A DNA stretch of 64,000 nucleotides from the human T2T-CHM13v2.0 reference genome, Homo sapiens, in NCBI RefSeq assembly GCF_009914755.1, contig NC_060936.1; one strand, given 5' to 3'. Positions 44,006-58,569 of the stretch are shown here, piece by piece; positions within the stretch are counted from its first letter, which is position 1; every line of letters starts with the position of its first letter. A model generated the notes under the pieces. That model was not told the origin of the DNA and searched no databases. It saw nothing but the letters and a program-made list of their open reading frames with translations. The position numbers and the translations under genes were made by a program.

Positions 44006-44207
44006 TATGGCAGCTGTGGTAATCCAGTCATACTGGCGTGGTTACCTCATGCGCAGACAGACTCATTTCTCCACAAGGCTACATACTGCTGCAACAGAAG
44101 GCCTGCCAAATTCTTCCATCAAGAATCAGACTATTTTAAAGAAAGGAAAAAGAGAAAATATTGTGAATATCCGAAAACAGAGGGAGAAGGCTGCTATTCT
44201 TATTCAG
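44006..44207 (+). CDS. LRRIQ1: LRRIQ1 exon with IQ motif (AAVVIQSYWRGYLMRR) and first half of a second IQ (AAILIQ)
   Basis: Polypyrimidine aatag| acceptor, CAG|gttaat donor, IQxxWRGxxxR consensus, phase 2 to 0. Confidence 0.92.
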
Positions 44208-44490
44208 GTTAATTTCAATCTTTTGGTAACATAGTTACAAAAGATATATTAGTTGTCTTTCATGATTTATTCTGTATTAAAAATAACCTCCAAATCTCAG
44301 TGATTACAGTTATGTAGATTTATTTCTTATTCAAGTGACATGTTGGCTGCAGGTTAGCTGCAGGTTAGCTGCGGGTTGGCTGTGGCTCTGCTTGATATCT
44401 GGATTGAAGGAATAAGCCTTAAATACAAAATACCATTGCATGACTGAGGGTCAAGCTGGACCACACAACCATATTTAAAACTTCTCATCA

Positions 44491-44790
44491 AGGCAGGATG
44501 TGGTGGCTCAAGCCTGTAATACCAGCACTTTGGGAGGCAAAGGCAGGAGGATTGCTTGAAGCCAGGAGTTTGAGATCAGCCTGGCCCAGAAAGCGAGACT
44601 CCATATCTACAAAAAATACAAAAATTAGGTGGGTGTGGTGATGCACACCTGTAGTCCTAGCTACTTGGGAGGCTGAGGCAGGAGGATTGCTTGAGCTCAG
44701 AAGTGTGAGGTTGCAGTGAGCTATGATCATACCACTGCACACTAGCCTGGATATAGAGTGAGACCTTGTCTCAAAAAACAACAACAACAA
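44491..44790 (+). mobile_element. AluJ nested in an MLT1-like LTR remnant (~44250-44860)
   Basis: GGAGGATTGCTTGA AluJ alleles; TSD AACTTCTCATCAAG on both sides. Confidence 0.88.
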
Positions 44791-45354
44791 CTTCTCATCA
44801 AGTATGTCATTTGTCACATCTGCTAACATTTGATTAGCCAAAGCAGGTCTTGCTTGGCCTTGATAGCTATTTCTATATGTTTGAAAATCTACCAAAATAA
44901 TTGTTAAAGTTTTTCAAATACTTTCATTTAAAAATTTAGAAAGCAAATAATTAATAGACTTGACTCAATCTCACCAAGACCAGGGTTTTCTTTTTAAGCA
45001 GTATAAAACATTACCATTTATTATTGTAAAATTTTTGTAACTCAGAAGTCCGAGCACAACATGGATGGATTTTCTGCTCAGTGTCTCACCAGTCTGATAT
45101 CAAAGTGTTGACTGGGGCCTTAGATCTCGTCTGGGGCTTGGGTCCTCTTCCAATCCAACTTGTTGCTAGAAGAACTCATTTGCTCACAGCTGTAAGACTG
45201 AGGTTCCCAGTTTCATTCTTTCTGTTGTCCAGGAACTTCTCTCAACTCTTAGATACCACTGGCGGTACCTTACCAATTGGTCCCCACAGGCAGTTCACAA
45301 AGTATATTCCAAGACCAGATTTTAAAACGAAGTTCATGTTGATCACACTCATTT

Positions 45355-46230
45355 TTAAAAATTTATTTACTCATCAAATTTTTTTAGAAGGTACAACTTG
45401 TCAGGAATTGTTCTAGGCTCGGGAAATAAAACTTAAAATCAACAAGATTCCTACCTTCATGGAATTTATATCCTGGTGGAGGATGCAGATATAAACTAAA
45501 TAAAATAAGATCTGTAGAAATTCGTGTTAAATGATAGTAATTAAACAAAATTTAGCATTTCCCTTTATTCATTCAGCAAATATTTCTTGCTACAAAAATC
45601 TTTGTAGCTTACATTCTGTTGGAATATGCAGTTCATAAATATGTTAGCTATGAGAAATATTGTGGGTGAAAATATAAAGCAGGAAAAGTGGGATGGGAGT
45701 ATCAAAGAAAAGTTTATCAATTTAGATAGGATGGATGTGTAAGACCAGGAAATGTGACATTGGAGAGAGACTTAGCCATTCGATATCTGTGGGAAGAATA
45801 TTCGAGGCAAAGGAACATCAGATTCTAAGGCCATGATTTAGTAGCCTACTCACAGTGTTTAGGAATTAGCAAGAGGCCAGTGTGACTAGAGAGTGATGAA
45901 AAGGAGCAAAGTAGGATTTAAAAGTCAAAGGTCTTATATGATATGGAAAGACACTGGTGGAATTTGAACAGTGGATTGACGTGGTCGAGTTTACTCTCTG
46001 TCACAATTATACTGTAAGAGGACAGAGGCAGAAAAAGCCAAATCAGTTAGCATCCTATTACAGTAAACCAGGCAAGAGATAACGTCAGCACGGACCCGAG
46101 TATCAGCAGCGGAGGTGGTAAGAATATCACATTCCAGAATATGTGTTGATTTTATCTTGAGAGTAAATACATGAGAGATAGGAATCAGGAAGGTCTCCAA
46201 GTTATTTAGGAAGAGCAACTGGAAAAATGG
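45355..46230. mobile_element. L2 fragments
   Basis: ATTCATTCAGCAAATATTT, CCTACCTTCATGGAATTTATATCCTGGTGG and GGAAGAATATTCGAGGCAAAGGAAC are L2 3'-end motifs. Confidence 0.65.
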
Positions 46231-46995
46231 CCTTAAAATTCAGAAAAAAAGAAATTACCCTTCCTCTCAAGTTCTCAGCTCTTAATATTAAAGACATAGC
46301 TTTCAAGAGAAACACCTTTGCTGAGTTGCTAATCAAGGTATCCAGTATTTCCATTTACTTAATTTGTCTATACTGTACTCCTCCTGAGAACAGTGCATAG
46401 GCAAACCTGTTTTTGTTACCTGATAGAAGTGGGAGTGAGGAGACAGCAATTGATTCAAGGAAACTCTGAGAAAAAATAAAAAGAAACTTCACTTACTATC
46501 TCCAAATGTTATTTTGCTACCTAAGGAATGTAGACGCCATGCATCCAAACTCCCGCCTGTCATCGGTGGATGAACAATACATTTTTCAGCATTGACAGTA
46601 AACAACTATTCAACTTTTGCTTCATTCCTCTCACTAAAGAGAAGGTTCATTACCTTATGAAGTAGTCTAGTTGTGACTGATACCTCTGTTGTGAGTTCTT
46701 TGGTTGAGCTTCTTTGTATCAGTAACAAAAGGAAGCATCATTCAGTCTTTCTTTGTAACTTAATGTAAGTCTCTTTTGTACATCCTATTACTTCAAATCA
46801 TTGAAGTGAACTCCATTTTCACATCTGTTGGGAACAATCATCTAGCTTCTTAAATGACTCATCTTAAAATATGAATTTTAGACTGCCTAAACATTCTGAG
46901 GGAGTACAGTGTGATATAGCAGAAACAACCGGGGCTTAAGAAGGATCAAAATGAAAGGTTTTGTGAAGGATGTGCCAGAGACTGCTCTCTGTTCA

Positions 46996-47401
<406 letters not shown>

Positions 47402-48658
47402 TTTCAATGGTAGATTTGTGCATATCACTTTCAGATCTACCCCATAAAATCTCCCACAGACACTCCTTCATTTCATTTTCCCTTTCTGATTGGCTGAAAT
47501 GGAGACAGCACCCAAGTCACCTCATGTTAAAGTGCTGTCCCACTGGCTTGTTTACTCTCAGTGTTTGTTATGTGATCAAGAGATAAACTCTTGTTTTTGG
47601 ATTATTATGCATTTTTACTCTGTTATAGCACTTACCCTACCCCACTTAAAGGATATGAGCTACACCTTAAGTAATAGTAGGACTCAATGTAGATAGGTAA
47701 GAGATAGGAATTCCAGGTATAAAGGACAGTGTAAGTAAAATAACATAGGATTTAATGTTACTTAACATAGGATTTCATGTCACTAGAATGGTAGTAAGCT
47801 TCAGCACAACAAGAATACCATAAGAACTAGAATCTTAAGAGAATGTAGGGGTAACATGGTGAGAGATGTGTGCAGTTTCAACAAGGAGCAAGTATATAGT
47901 ATGCTACAGGGGGTAAGAGTTGATGATAGTTGGAGAACAAAAAGATGTTAGATATGTCCAGTAGAGAATTGTCAGGCCAGAGAATTGATTTGAATATATG
48001 AGAAAGAGAGATGAGTTAATCATAGATAGATTACTAGGATAAAAATGTGACTTAGTCAGAAATAAATAAGTTAGAAGAAGAATATGAATATTACTTACCC
48101 ACATGTTTACATGACCATTATTTCTGATAAACTAAACAGAGATGGCTGGGTCTTGAATTTCTGACCCTAAGCAGATTCATGAGGGAGATATAGATATCTC
48201 TGTGTGACACACCAGAAAACACACATGCTATGTATTTTATAGTCTGGAGCTTTGCAGAAGCCCAGACCCTGATGATTTGAGCAGGATCCATTTTGAGCCA
48301 CAGTGAATCAATCCTTTGGCTCATGTCACTTAGCGCTGGATGAAAGGTTGCCCTTGCCAGCTTCTTTTCACTAGGTCTGCACTCAATCTTGATATCATTA
48401 TGTTGATATTTTAAAAAGGGAGGAAGGTAGGTAAAAAAAAAAGATATGATGACCTCAGGAAAAAAGATAATCAAGAGAAAGAGAGCATGTTTCCCTGATT
48501 CTTGGAACCTTTCGGGACAGGGTTGCAGAGGAAGGGATATGCAGGGTACCTCCCTAGCAGGAAGAAGCCACTTGGCCCATTTGCCATGTTAGGGAGAAGG
48601 CGTTCTGAAAGAAAGCAAGTAACCAAGAGAGCATAAATACCCAGATATGAAAATCTAA

Positions 48659-48978
48659 GGCTGGGCCTGGTGGAGCACTCCTGTAATCTCAGCACTTCTG
48701 GAGGCCAAGTTGGACAGATTGCTTGAGCTCAGGAGTTCAATACCAGCCTGGGCAACATGGCAAAACCCTGTCTCTATAAAAAATACAAAAATTAACTGGG
48801 TGGCATGTACCTGTAGTTTCAGCTACTCAGGAGGTTGTGGTAGGGGATCTCTTGAGCCCGGATGGTCAAGGCTACAGTGAGCCAGGATTGCACCACTGCA
48901 TTCCAGCCTAGGTGAAAGAGTGAGACCCTGTCTCAAAAAAATAAAAAATAAATAAATAAAATAAAATAGAAATAAAAA
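48659..48978 (+). mobile_element. AluJ
   Basis: Diverged two-arm Alu with (AAAT)n tail. Confidence 0.88.
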
Positions 48979-50914
48979 TAATTTTTTAAAATACCAAAAT
49001 GAAAGAGGTAAAAGAAAAATAGTGTTATTTATCTCTGTGGTAGCTTGCATGCACTAGTCATCCAGACCATGTGACATGCCAATCATAAAGAGGGCAAAGA
49101 GCTGATGGTATGCTCCATAATGGGTAAGTTAAAAAGAGTAAAAAAGTTAGAGGTAAATATGATTAAAATTAATCAACTGTATTTTTTAACATTATACAAT
49201 GTTAAATATCACATGATTTTCTTATTTGTTGAACTAAGTGAATAAAGTTGTTAGAAATAAAGCATCAAGGAAATTGGGGGAAATATATTTATTGAGTGCA
49301 TATTAGGTGATAATCACATGCTTATCATTGTGTTTAAATTTTCTAGTTTAATCTACATGGCAATCCTATATGATTTTTTATATTTTTCCCTTTACAAATA
49401 ATTTTGACCTTTCTTGAAAATATTGATAACAATCATAATTTGAGTTAGAATTTTGTAGGTTGGGTAAAAAGAAAGTTGTATCAGTAAAAAGTAGAAAAAC
49501 ATAGTTTAGGCAATAAATAGACTAGATAACATAGCCCCTCCTGGAGTCTCAAACCTACGCACACTTTCCTGGAAAAGAGATCTCAGTATGTGTAAATGGA
49601 ATCTGAAACCTGACACATAAGCAATAGCAAAATAAATTGTAATTCTTCCGAGGGTGTGACAATATATTTCTTACTTCTCCTGTGGTGAGGTTGCCTTGGA
49701 GAAAGCTATGAAGGAAGCTGCTGAAATAGATGGTGAGGTTTGATTGAAACAGGTTTCTTCCAGGAAGATAAAGTGGCACTGGGGGTAGACGGAGTGGATA
49801 TGTTTCAGGGTTTGAAAAGGATAATTGAATTTTCAAGCCAGACATGTTGGATGGGTAAAGGAGTAGAGTTATGAGGAACTAGCCTCTTTGACAGTGCTGT
49901 CTCTCCACTCAGAAAGTAGGGTAGGTAACTATACCTATTCCTAGAAGCCTGAGCTTCTCACAGCTTTTTGGGAAGAAGGAAGGTTAACATTGAATGACTC
50001 AAGTATTTATCACAGTCTGGGAAAAGAAAATCTCTACTATACTGTATCAGATAAATCAGACTATTAATAAGCATAATTAAGGACTGGGTTCACCACTTGT
50101 GAAAAGCTTGTAAATTCCAACACAGTAGTATCACTGAGGCACAGTATGCCCATCTGTATCAGCATCTTCCAACTCCTGCTCAGGACCACAGTCTCAAGAC
50201 TATTGGCAGCAGTAGAAGCTATAGCACAGCTTCTGATTTGATTAGTGCAAGACCAGTTGGCCACAGAATGAGAGTGCAAGAATGCATAGAAAACAGCAGT
50301 TGTAGGCCACTGCAGAAATCTTGCTCTACTGAGCTTAAGCCAGAACAAGGGTATAAGGAATAACATTCCGGCTATTAATTTTGCCTGCTGATGGTATATT
50401 TAGGTTGGTGGCTCATAGGCTCCATTATGCACATATATTCAAATGTTAAATACACAGTGGGAGGTCCTTAGGATACCCTATTTAAAATAGCAATACCTCC
50501 CCAATGCTCCCCATCTCTTGTGACTGTTATTTTTGTCCATAGCATTTATTTAGCATACAGTTTAGTTCCCTTGTGTATTTTATTTTCAGTCTCAGTCCCC
50601 TTTAAAATGGGAAGTCCATGCTTAGAGATTTTTTTGTCTGTTTTAGTCACTGCTATGTCATGTGTGCCTTGTATATAATAGACATTCAGTAAATTTTGAA
50701 AACCATGCTACTTATTTACCCTCCTTGATTTGTATGGGGTGGGCTCCATGGAAGAATACTGTTCCTTTGCATTTCCATCAAGAATCGTGGTTATATCCTT
50801 AATCATTGGAAATTATGAATGACAACCAGCAAAAGAAGCTTGTAAGATCACGTGAAGCTTGATTTCTCACTTTATGTAATTTTATTGATTGTAAGAAAAA
50901 AGATAAGTGCACTA

Positions 50915-53520
50915 TCTGTGACTTTCTAAACATTTAGTTACAAAACATTTCAAAAGTACAGAGAAGATCCAAGACCCCATATACCTACCTTCAACATGAG
51001 TTGAACTACTGGTCAATATTGACTCTTTTAAAACCCATTCACATCTACCTCCTCATCACTAGATTATTTGAAATAAATTATTCCTTTCATAAATATTTTA
51101 GCATGAACTTCTATAATTCAAGCAATTATATTGCTTTGAATATAATTTCAGTACATTACCAACCTTAAAAATAACAATTATTTTTCACTATCACCAAATA
51201 TCATATCAGTATTACAAATTCCTGTAGCATTTAATACGTCTTTGCAGATTTTTCTTAATCAAAATAAAAGTCATCACTCAAACTTTTATATGTTAAGTCT
51301 TTTATTATACAGCAACTCCCTTCTTTTTCTTGCAATTTATTTATTGAAGTAACCAGGTCATTTGTCCTATAGGGTTTTCCAATTTCTGAATTTTGCCAAA
51401 TGCATCCTCATGACATCATTTAACATGTTTATCATCTCCTGGTTTTCTGTAAATTGATACTAAGATCTACTGTTTGTTCTGATTCAGGTTTTTTTTTTAG
51501 CAAGAATATTTCATAGGTGGTGGTTGTATTACAAAAATGAGATACATAGTATCTGGTTGCCTCTCTTTAAGGAATATTACTGGCCATTGGTAAACATTGC
51601 CTAGATCGATTATTGTATTAATGGTTTGCACAATGGTGATACTTTCTATCTACTATTCTTTATTAACTAAAGTATGTAAAAATACAAAAAAAATACTTTA
51701 TTTAACTAGTTATCCTAAGGTACAGTTCAAATTAGAAAGGCAAGTTAAATGCTTGATATTAATAATTTTCCTTAATTTACCAATTTTTAGATTAATGAGG
51801 TCTCCTAGCATTCTCCAAAGGTCACCAAAATGGGTACTATGATAATAAACACAGATTTTAAATATATGTGTTTGATTTCATTGCAGTTAGTAGTCTCATC
51901 AAGTTCAATTTTTGCCACAATTTAGTAGTCTTTAAAATTGTCCTTGCTTTCTAATGTGACACAATGTTCCAGGTTCATTTGACATACATTTTGCCCCAGG
52001 CCTAGAATCAGTCATTTGTCTAAAGATCCTTGGTTTCTTTAATGGAAATGACATATAGAGCACCCCATCTGGATTTTAGAAATACTTGTTTCTACTGGTT
52101 TGGTCATTATTTATATAATGTACATTCAATGTACTTAGTTTGCAGATAGATATTTTTAGGAAAAAAAATATACCATGGGTACATATTGATGTTTTGAAAT
52201 TATAGTTAGGACTATAGGATTTTTACTTATTTAATTGTATATTTGCATCTCTTTTCTTCTATAGAAAATCTTGTTTTTTACTGACATTATCATAATTGCT
52301 TTCTTTACTCCTCTCCCTCACTCCTCCAACCTGCGTGTACTTGTGTATGTGTATGTGGGTGTGCACACACACATACGTATACAGTGGAAATAAAGACCAC
52401 ACAAATGAGAAAAAAATGGGCTACTCAGAGTATATGCTAATGAAGGAGTCAGCCATCATCACTTGCCTTTGGCATAGACCCCAAAACGTGGAAGGGAGTG
52501 GGAAAGTTTTTAGTGGAAAAAGGGAACGCTTCAGGTATGCTCTATTGGAGGTTGTTGGCATGGGGAAAGTGGGTAGGGAGAGACTAGAAGTAGAACATAT
52601 TATGTGATTGGTTTGGGAAGCATATTTGGCTTTCTCTGGTTGTTCCTGAGTTAGAAGCAGAGTTAAAAACAAGGAAGCTGGGTCATTGATCAAGTTTTGA
52701 CCATTCTTGGCTAATTGCTGCAGAGGTTGTCACTTAGCATTCTGGGTTATTTGCTTCAGAGATTATGGTTTGGCTTCCTAGGCTGGCTGTTAACAAAGGT
52801 TGTGGGTGACTGCTATTGTCATAGAGGGTTTCACCATTTTGTATATTTCACTTTGCTCTCTCTCTCTTTCTGTATATATATATATTTCAGAATGAAAATA
52901 CCAATCTCATTACTAACAATATGATTACTGAAAACCATTTTAAAATCTCTTTTGTGGCCAAATTTGTCTTTTGAGTATATTTCACCTGGGGGTAGCCAAA
53001 TAAATCTATTTTAAGTCACTTTAAATAACTTGTATGGTTATTCCACAGCATGAAACATTTTTTATATTTTAGGCATTTCTTTCTGTTTCATATTTACTTA
53101 ATTTGTTTCACAGTTCTCTTAAGCATGTGCATAGTTTGAAAGTCAAATCCAAGCAAGATGTATTTAGAGAAGTCTGGCTTCTATTGCTATACATTCTACC
53201 CTGTTTTATGCCTTTATAGGTAACCATTTTTAAAATTAATTTTATAATTCGAGCTTTTTAAAATTTATATATATACATATATACTTCAAAATATGTGTTA
53301 ATGTAATGTATATATTTATACACAGTTTTTCATAGCTAAACAGTAACATAAAAAACACTTATTTCTCCCTTGGTTTTTACACAGTATATTCTGAAGCTCA
53401 TTCCACATGAGCATAAATATATTCTTTATATTTATAAATATAAAGATATCCATTTTTTACAAGCTACATTGTACTTGGAGTTATAGTTAGGAAAGCTCAT
53501 CCTACTCCAGGATTACTGAG
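50915..53520 (-). mobile_element. Ancient L1MC/MD-type 3' region interrupted by an LTR-like segment (~52383-52810)
   Basis: AAACATTTCAAAAGTACAG, GAAGTAACCAGGTCATTTGTCCTATAG and AATGTTCCAGGTTCAT..CCTAGAATCAGTCATTT motifs; subfamily uncertain. Confidence 0.5.
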
Positions 53521-54024
53521 GAATCTGAATATTTTAAATTTTGTTATTTTATGCTTAATTTATTTAAAAATGAAATTAATTCATCATTATAGGCCATAAT
53601 ACTCCCTGTATAATATGGCCATTTATATATGTTGATGTTTTCTTAATTGTGCTTTATTTTATACATAATCATTTGAACATTAGCAAAATGGGTTTTGCTT
53701 TGTATCTCTTTCTTCTTAGTTTAGAATGGGTCCTGGAGGAATTGTAACATAATTGATTGGTTGACCTACATGTGCAGTTGAGGGAGTTTTAAAGATTCTT
53801 TTTTGCTTACTACAAGGAAAGTCTCCTGAGATTCAGAACTTTAGACACATGTCGTCGTTTAATTTATCTTTCAGTTTTAAGTGTCACATAAAGTTCAGAA
53901 AACAGATTATTGTGTCATTAAACTTAGGTCTAAGATGTTTTATCTTCCTAATGGGATAACACAGATAATCTGGTTTAGGGTTTGATCTATAACTTTGTAT
54001 AACATACTTTACATTTTTGTTTAG

Positions 54025-54144
54025 GCAGTTTGGAAGGGCTTTATTTTGCGAAAGAAACTGACAACAGCTCTAGAGGCTATTAAGAATGAAGAATCCGATG
54101 AAGAATACAGAGAAATAGATTTAGAGGATTTTATATTTGATGAA
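54025..54144 (+). CDS. LRRIQ1: LRRIQ1 exon completing second IQ motif (AVWKGFILRKKLTTALEAIKNEESDEEYREIDLEDFIFDE)
   Basis: tttttgtttag| acceptor, GAA|gtaagt donor, 120 nt, phase 0-0; joins to IQ|AVWKGFILRK. Confidence 0.92.
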
Positions 54145-55129
54145 GTAAGTACGAACTATAGTATATAAATATTGGTCTTAAAATACGTTAAGTGTACTAT
54201 TTTGAAGATAAACCAGTTTCTAAGGTGTTTATCCTATTAATATTGTTACAGACTTTTTTCCTAACATTGAGAAACTTTTCCTAACATCATCTTCTTTTAT
54301 CCTACAAGCTTGTATAGTGTGCAAAGGTGGCAGCAAAATACTTACAAGAGCGTCTTTGTGCCCTTCAACCATGTTCTCCAGTTATCAAAATTAGGGAATT
54401 AACATTGATGTAATACTATGATCTAATCAACCTTATCAAATCTGTGAGTAGTCTTACTAATGCCCTATATTTAGTCTGAGATCTAATCCAGAATCATAAG
54501 TTGCATTTAGTTGTCATTTTTCCTTAGTCTCCTTTAAACTAGAATAGTTCCTCATCTTTTCTCTGTATTTTACAAATTTAATACTTTTAAAGACTACTGA
54601 AAAATTATTTTGTAGAATATCTCTGAATTTGTGTTTGTTACATAGTCTCTTCTCATTGTATTCAGGTTATGTATTTTTGGTGAGAATACAACAGAGGTGA
54701 TATTGTGTTCTTCTCAATGTATCACTGCAGGAAGGTGATGAAGTTTCTCAGGACATAAAATTATCCTAAACTGCATTTGGCTTAGCTACACAGTTATAAA
54801 TCCCCTGCCTTAAAACTTTTTTGTAAGTGGATGGGATATAAATTAATATAACCGTAAAGGTCATATGATATAAAACAGAAATTTTTAAATGCTGTAATTC
54901 CATAATTTAAAAACACTTAAAATCTTTTATGCTAGAAAAAAAGCCTATGTTAAACAAACATGAAACATACAAATTTCTCTTTATTTTCTTTCATCTACCT
55001 ATATGACCATCATTTTTCCAAAGTTCTCCTTATCTTTTTAAAACCTGACCATGAAGTTTATACTCTGATCATTGTAATCATGGTAGTCTTACGTAGCAGA
55101 TGTGTGAATGGAGTTCTAGTTAATTTTTT

Positions 55130-55430
55130 GCAGCACTTAGCCAAGGCTCATGAGGAGTGAACAAGGATATGATGGTGAGAGAGAAACCTATGAAGATTCA
55201 GTGACTCATCACAGCAATGGAATTTCTAGGACTGTAATAAACTGGGACATGTTGGCATTACTTCCAAAGTAAGGGGTGGATTGTTGCTTCATGTAGTTTC
55301 CACCACTAAGAAGAATGAGTTGGTAAACCTCTTTAGGTTCTAGAGGCTGCATAGTTCATTCTTGGGAATACTGCTTCAGGTTTAAAAAGGGCCCAGAATA
55401 GGAAAGATCTTTTCAGCACACCCATGCTAT
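55130..55430 (+). mobile_element. ERVL pol (RT) fragment
   Basis: Reads KIQ*LITAMEFLGL...SKV...STTKKNELVNLFRF*RLHSSFLGILL, matching the ERVL RT pattern KIQG..VKFLG..TTKKEAQ.LVGLFGFWRQHIPHLG. Confidence 0.7.
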
Positions 55431-56559
55431 GTAACAAAAAGGGCATCAACTGTAGACATTCTGTTACTAAATCATTCAAAGATATGTGTAAGAATACATT
55501 TATTGTATCTTAATGAGCTTCAAGGTTCTCTTACCAGATGTCATCTCACAATAACTGGTCTAATTTATTTCTGGTAACTTTAATGTGTTGATAGGAAAAT
55601 GAAATGGAAGTAATATCACTACGTGCCCTAACTGCAAGAGGTAAATATAGTCTTATGGTTTCATGTGTACATATGTGACACGTCAGTGAGAACTTTGATA
55701 TTCAATTGTATGGTATTTTTCAGAATTCAGCTAGGAGACTTGAACTCCATTTTATAAATTTTTCAATTTTTTCTATCAAACGTAATTTACTGAAAGTCTC
55801 CAAATTACACTGCAATAATGAATTATGAATTTGTGAAAATATTATCAATAAGACTATGAAGATGAAGGTGTTGTAGAGACAGAACACTATTGCTCACGTC
55901 TGAATTATTTTCATAGGCATAATCATACCTTAATCAAAAGGAAGCCCTTAAAAATTCAACATTAATCTATTAGGTTAGGAAACTGCTTTTTTGGAACATG
56001 CTGCTGATTAGCACGTTTCTAGAAATGTCAGCATTAATATTTTTAGTTGATATTTGGGTAGTATAATTGTAAAATCTACCATTATTTTGCACTCTCTCAA
56101 ATCTTAAATGCTCAAATAAATTGAACTGTTTCTTTCTTCACATTCTTGGTAAGGTCAGCTATTTATTCTCAGGAAAAAAAACTGTGTTTCTACTTCTATG
56201 TAATGAAAAAAACTAGGTATCATGAAAACAATGTAAATGCTTTTAAAATACACTTATATGCAAAATCTTTCTGGCTACTTTCTATTCTAAATTTATCTCC
56301 AATGTTTTTCAAAACTGAATTTAATTTACCTTGTTTTTGAAAATATTGAGTAAATCGAAGCCTGCTTTCCTCACTTCAGTTTTCCACAACAAACCTCAAT
56401 GTGGAAAATACTATTTCATAATGACTTGTATTAATAAGAAGTCAGTTTCTCTTCTTTCTGATGTGTTAGTACTGACTATAATAAAATATTCAAAGCGTTT
56501 TGGAATATCTGAAATAGCAAGAAACCATGGAGATTTTGTTCGTAGTGGTCTTGTACATT

Positions 56560-58555
56560 TTTAGTTGATTTGTTCCTAAGTATATATAGAAATACAATTT
56601 ATTTTTGTATATTGACCTCATCTTCAACCACTTTGCTGAAATCACCCATTAATTTTAATAGATTATCTGTCAAATATTTTGAATATACTGTATACACAAT
56701 CATATCACCTGAGAATGACAGTTTTCTCTTTTTTTCCAGTTCTTATACCTGTTATTTATTTTTCTTGCCTTATTATCCTGATTACTGCTTCCATTATAAT
56801 GTTAAATAGTGATGATATTAGCAAGCGTCTTTTTCTAGTTCTTTGTCTCAGGGTGAAAGCTTTCAATATTTCACCACTAAGTAAGATGTTTCCTATAGGT
56901 TTCTTAGAGAAACTCTGTATGGTTTAAGGAAGTTAACTTCCTTAGAATCTTAGAGATTAAGATGCTGCTGCTGCTGCTACTGATAATGATGATGATGGTG
57001 ACTTTATATGCAATTTGGATTTTATCAAATACTTCTTAATACATCTAACATTGACTTTCAAACATTAAACCTTGTATTCTTAGAATAAACTAACTTAGCT
57101 ATAATGCATCATCTTTTTCTACCTATTACTAGCTTATATTTGCTATTATTTTATTTAGCATTTTCTCATTTTATTCAAAAAGAAATTCACTATGTAAATT
57201 CTATTTCTTATACAGCTCCCTCTTCAGGTTTTAGTATCGTATTATGTTGGCCTTATACATTTTGTTGGGAAGTGTTTCCTCTGCTTCTGTTTTCAAGGGG
57301 AGTTTGATATAAGATTGATGTTCTTTGTTGTTCAAAATTTTGTCTCAGCATATACTATATTTTTTGAAATGTTTCATGTGAACATAAAAGGAGTATGTAT
57401 TCTGTAGGTAAGTATATTGTTATTAAAAATCTCATTTACTTTAAGTTTATGGTTTTTTTTCTTTAATCTTCTGTATCCTAAGTGATTTGCAGGAGGGGCA
57501 TTCTATGAGGTATTGAGAGAGGAGTGCTAAAATCTCTTACTCTGCTGGTGGATTTCTCTAAATTGGCTTTTATTTCTGTCACATTTGGCCTCATACTTCG
57601 GGGCTGTGTTTTTGGGGCATACACATTTTAAGGCTAGTTGAATTATTGTATCGCTGAACCTCTTATAATAATATTTTCCTCTTGAACAATAGTTTCTCTC
57701 TTTAACTAATTGCTTAAGGGCCATTTCCTTTGATATTTTTATACCTACAGCAGCTTTTTTTTTTTTTTTTGGCTACTGTTTTCATAACGTATATCTTTCT
57801 AACCATTCTCATTCAACTTTACTGTGATTTTATATTTAAAATGTATCTTATAACTGCATATAGTTGGGTTCTGCTTATTTTTATATTTTATTCTGGCATT
57901 ATTTTTATTAGAGTATTTAGACTGTTTTAATTGATTTTAATTTAGAATATAATTTGGTTTATACAATTTTCATTTGTTTTCTATTTGTTCTATGTTGATT
58001 TTTTCCTTTTTATTACCCTCTTTTGCATTTATCAAGTATTTTTGTTTTTCTATTTTTCTCTTTATTCACTAGTTAATTGAGTTTTATTTTTTCGTGTGCT
58101 TCATTCTTTCCTGCATTAACATGCTTCCATCTAGGATCATTTTCTTTTGCCTGAAAGACACTCTCTAGTAGGAGTCAGTTTTTGATTGCTTGAAAATTTA
58201 TTTCTTTTTTCAATATTTTGGAATATTTATCTAAATATTTATCTTCTCTAAGAATAGAATTCTAGTTAGGCTTTCAATTTTTAAATATGCCATTTTGTTA
58301 GCATTTCTGGCTTCCATAGTTCCTGTTGAAAAGTCAGTATTAAGTCTTAACTTTTCTTCTCTGAAGATATTGGCTTCCTATCCCATCCCCCAGGTAACTT
58401 TTAAGGTTGATTTTCTATTTTTGTTTTTCAAACTGGCTATGATTTTCTTTATTGCCCTGCTTGGAGTTGGTGAGATCATACAGCTTCTTGAATCTGTGGT
58501 AAATATCTTTCATTAGTTTTGGAAATCTCTTGTCCAAATTTATTTCAAATATTTG
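56560..58555 (-). mobile_element. Ancient L1ME-type fragments
   Basis: Degenerate ORF2 antisense motifs (GAAAGCTTTCAATATTTCACCACTAAGTAAGATG, TATTGAGAGAGGAGTGCTAAAATCTC). Confidence 0.65.
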
Positions 58556-58569
58556 TTCTTTGATGTTTT

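Noticed and set aside
54021-54028. Alternative acceptor TAG|GCAG|
   Set aside because: A 4-nt shift would break the frame and the IQ motif; no evidence of use from sequence.
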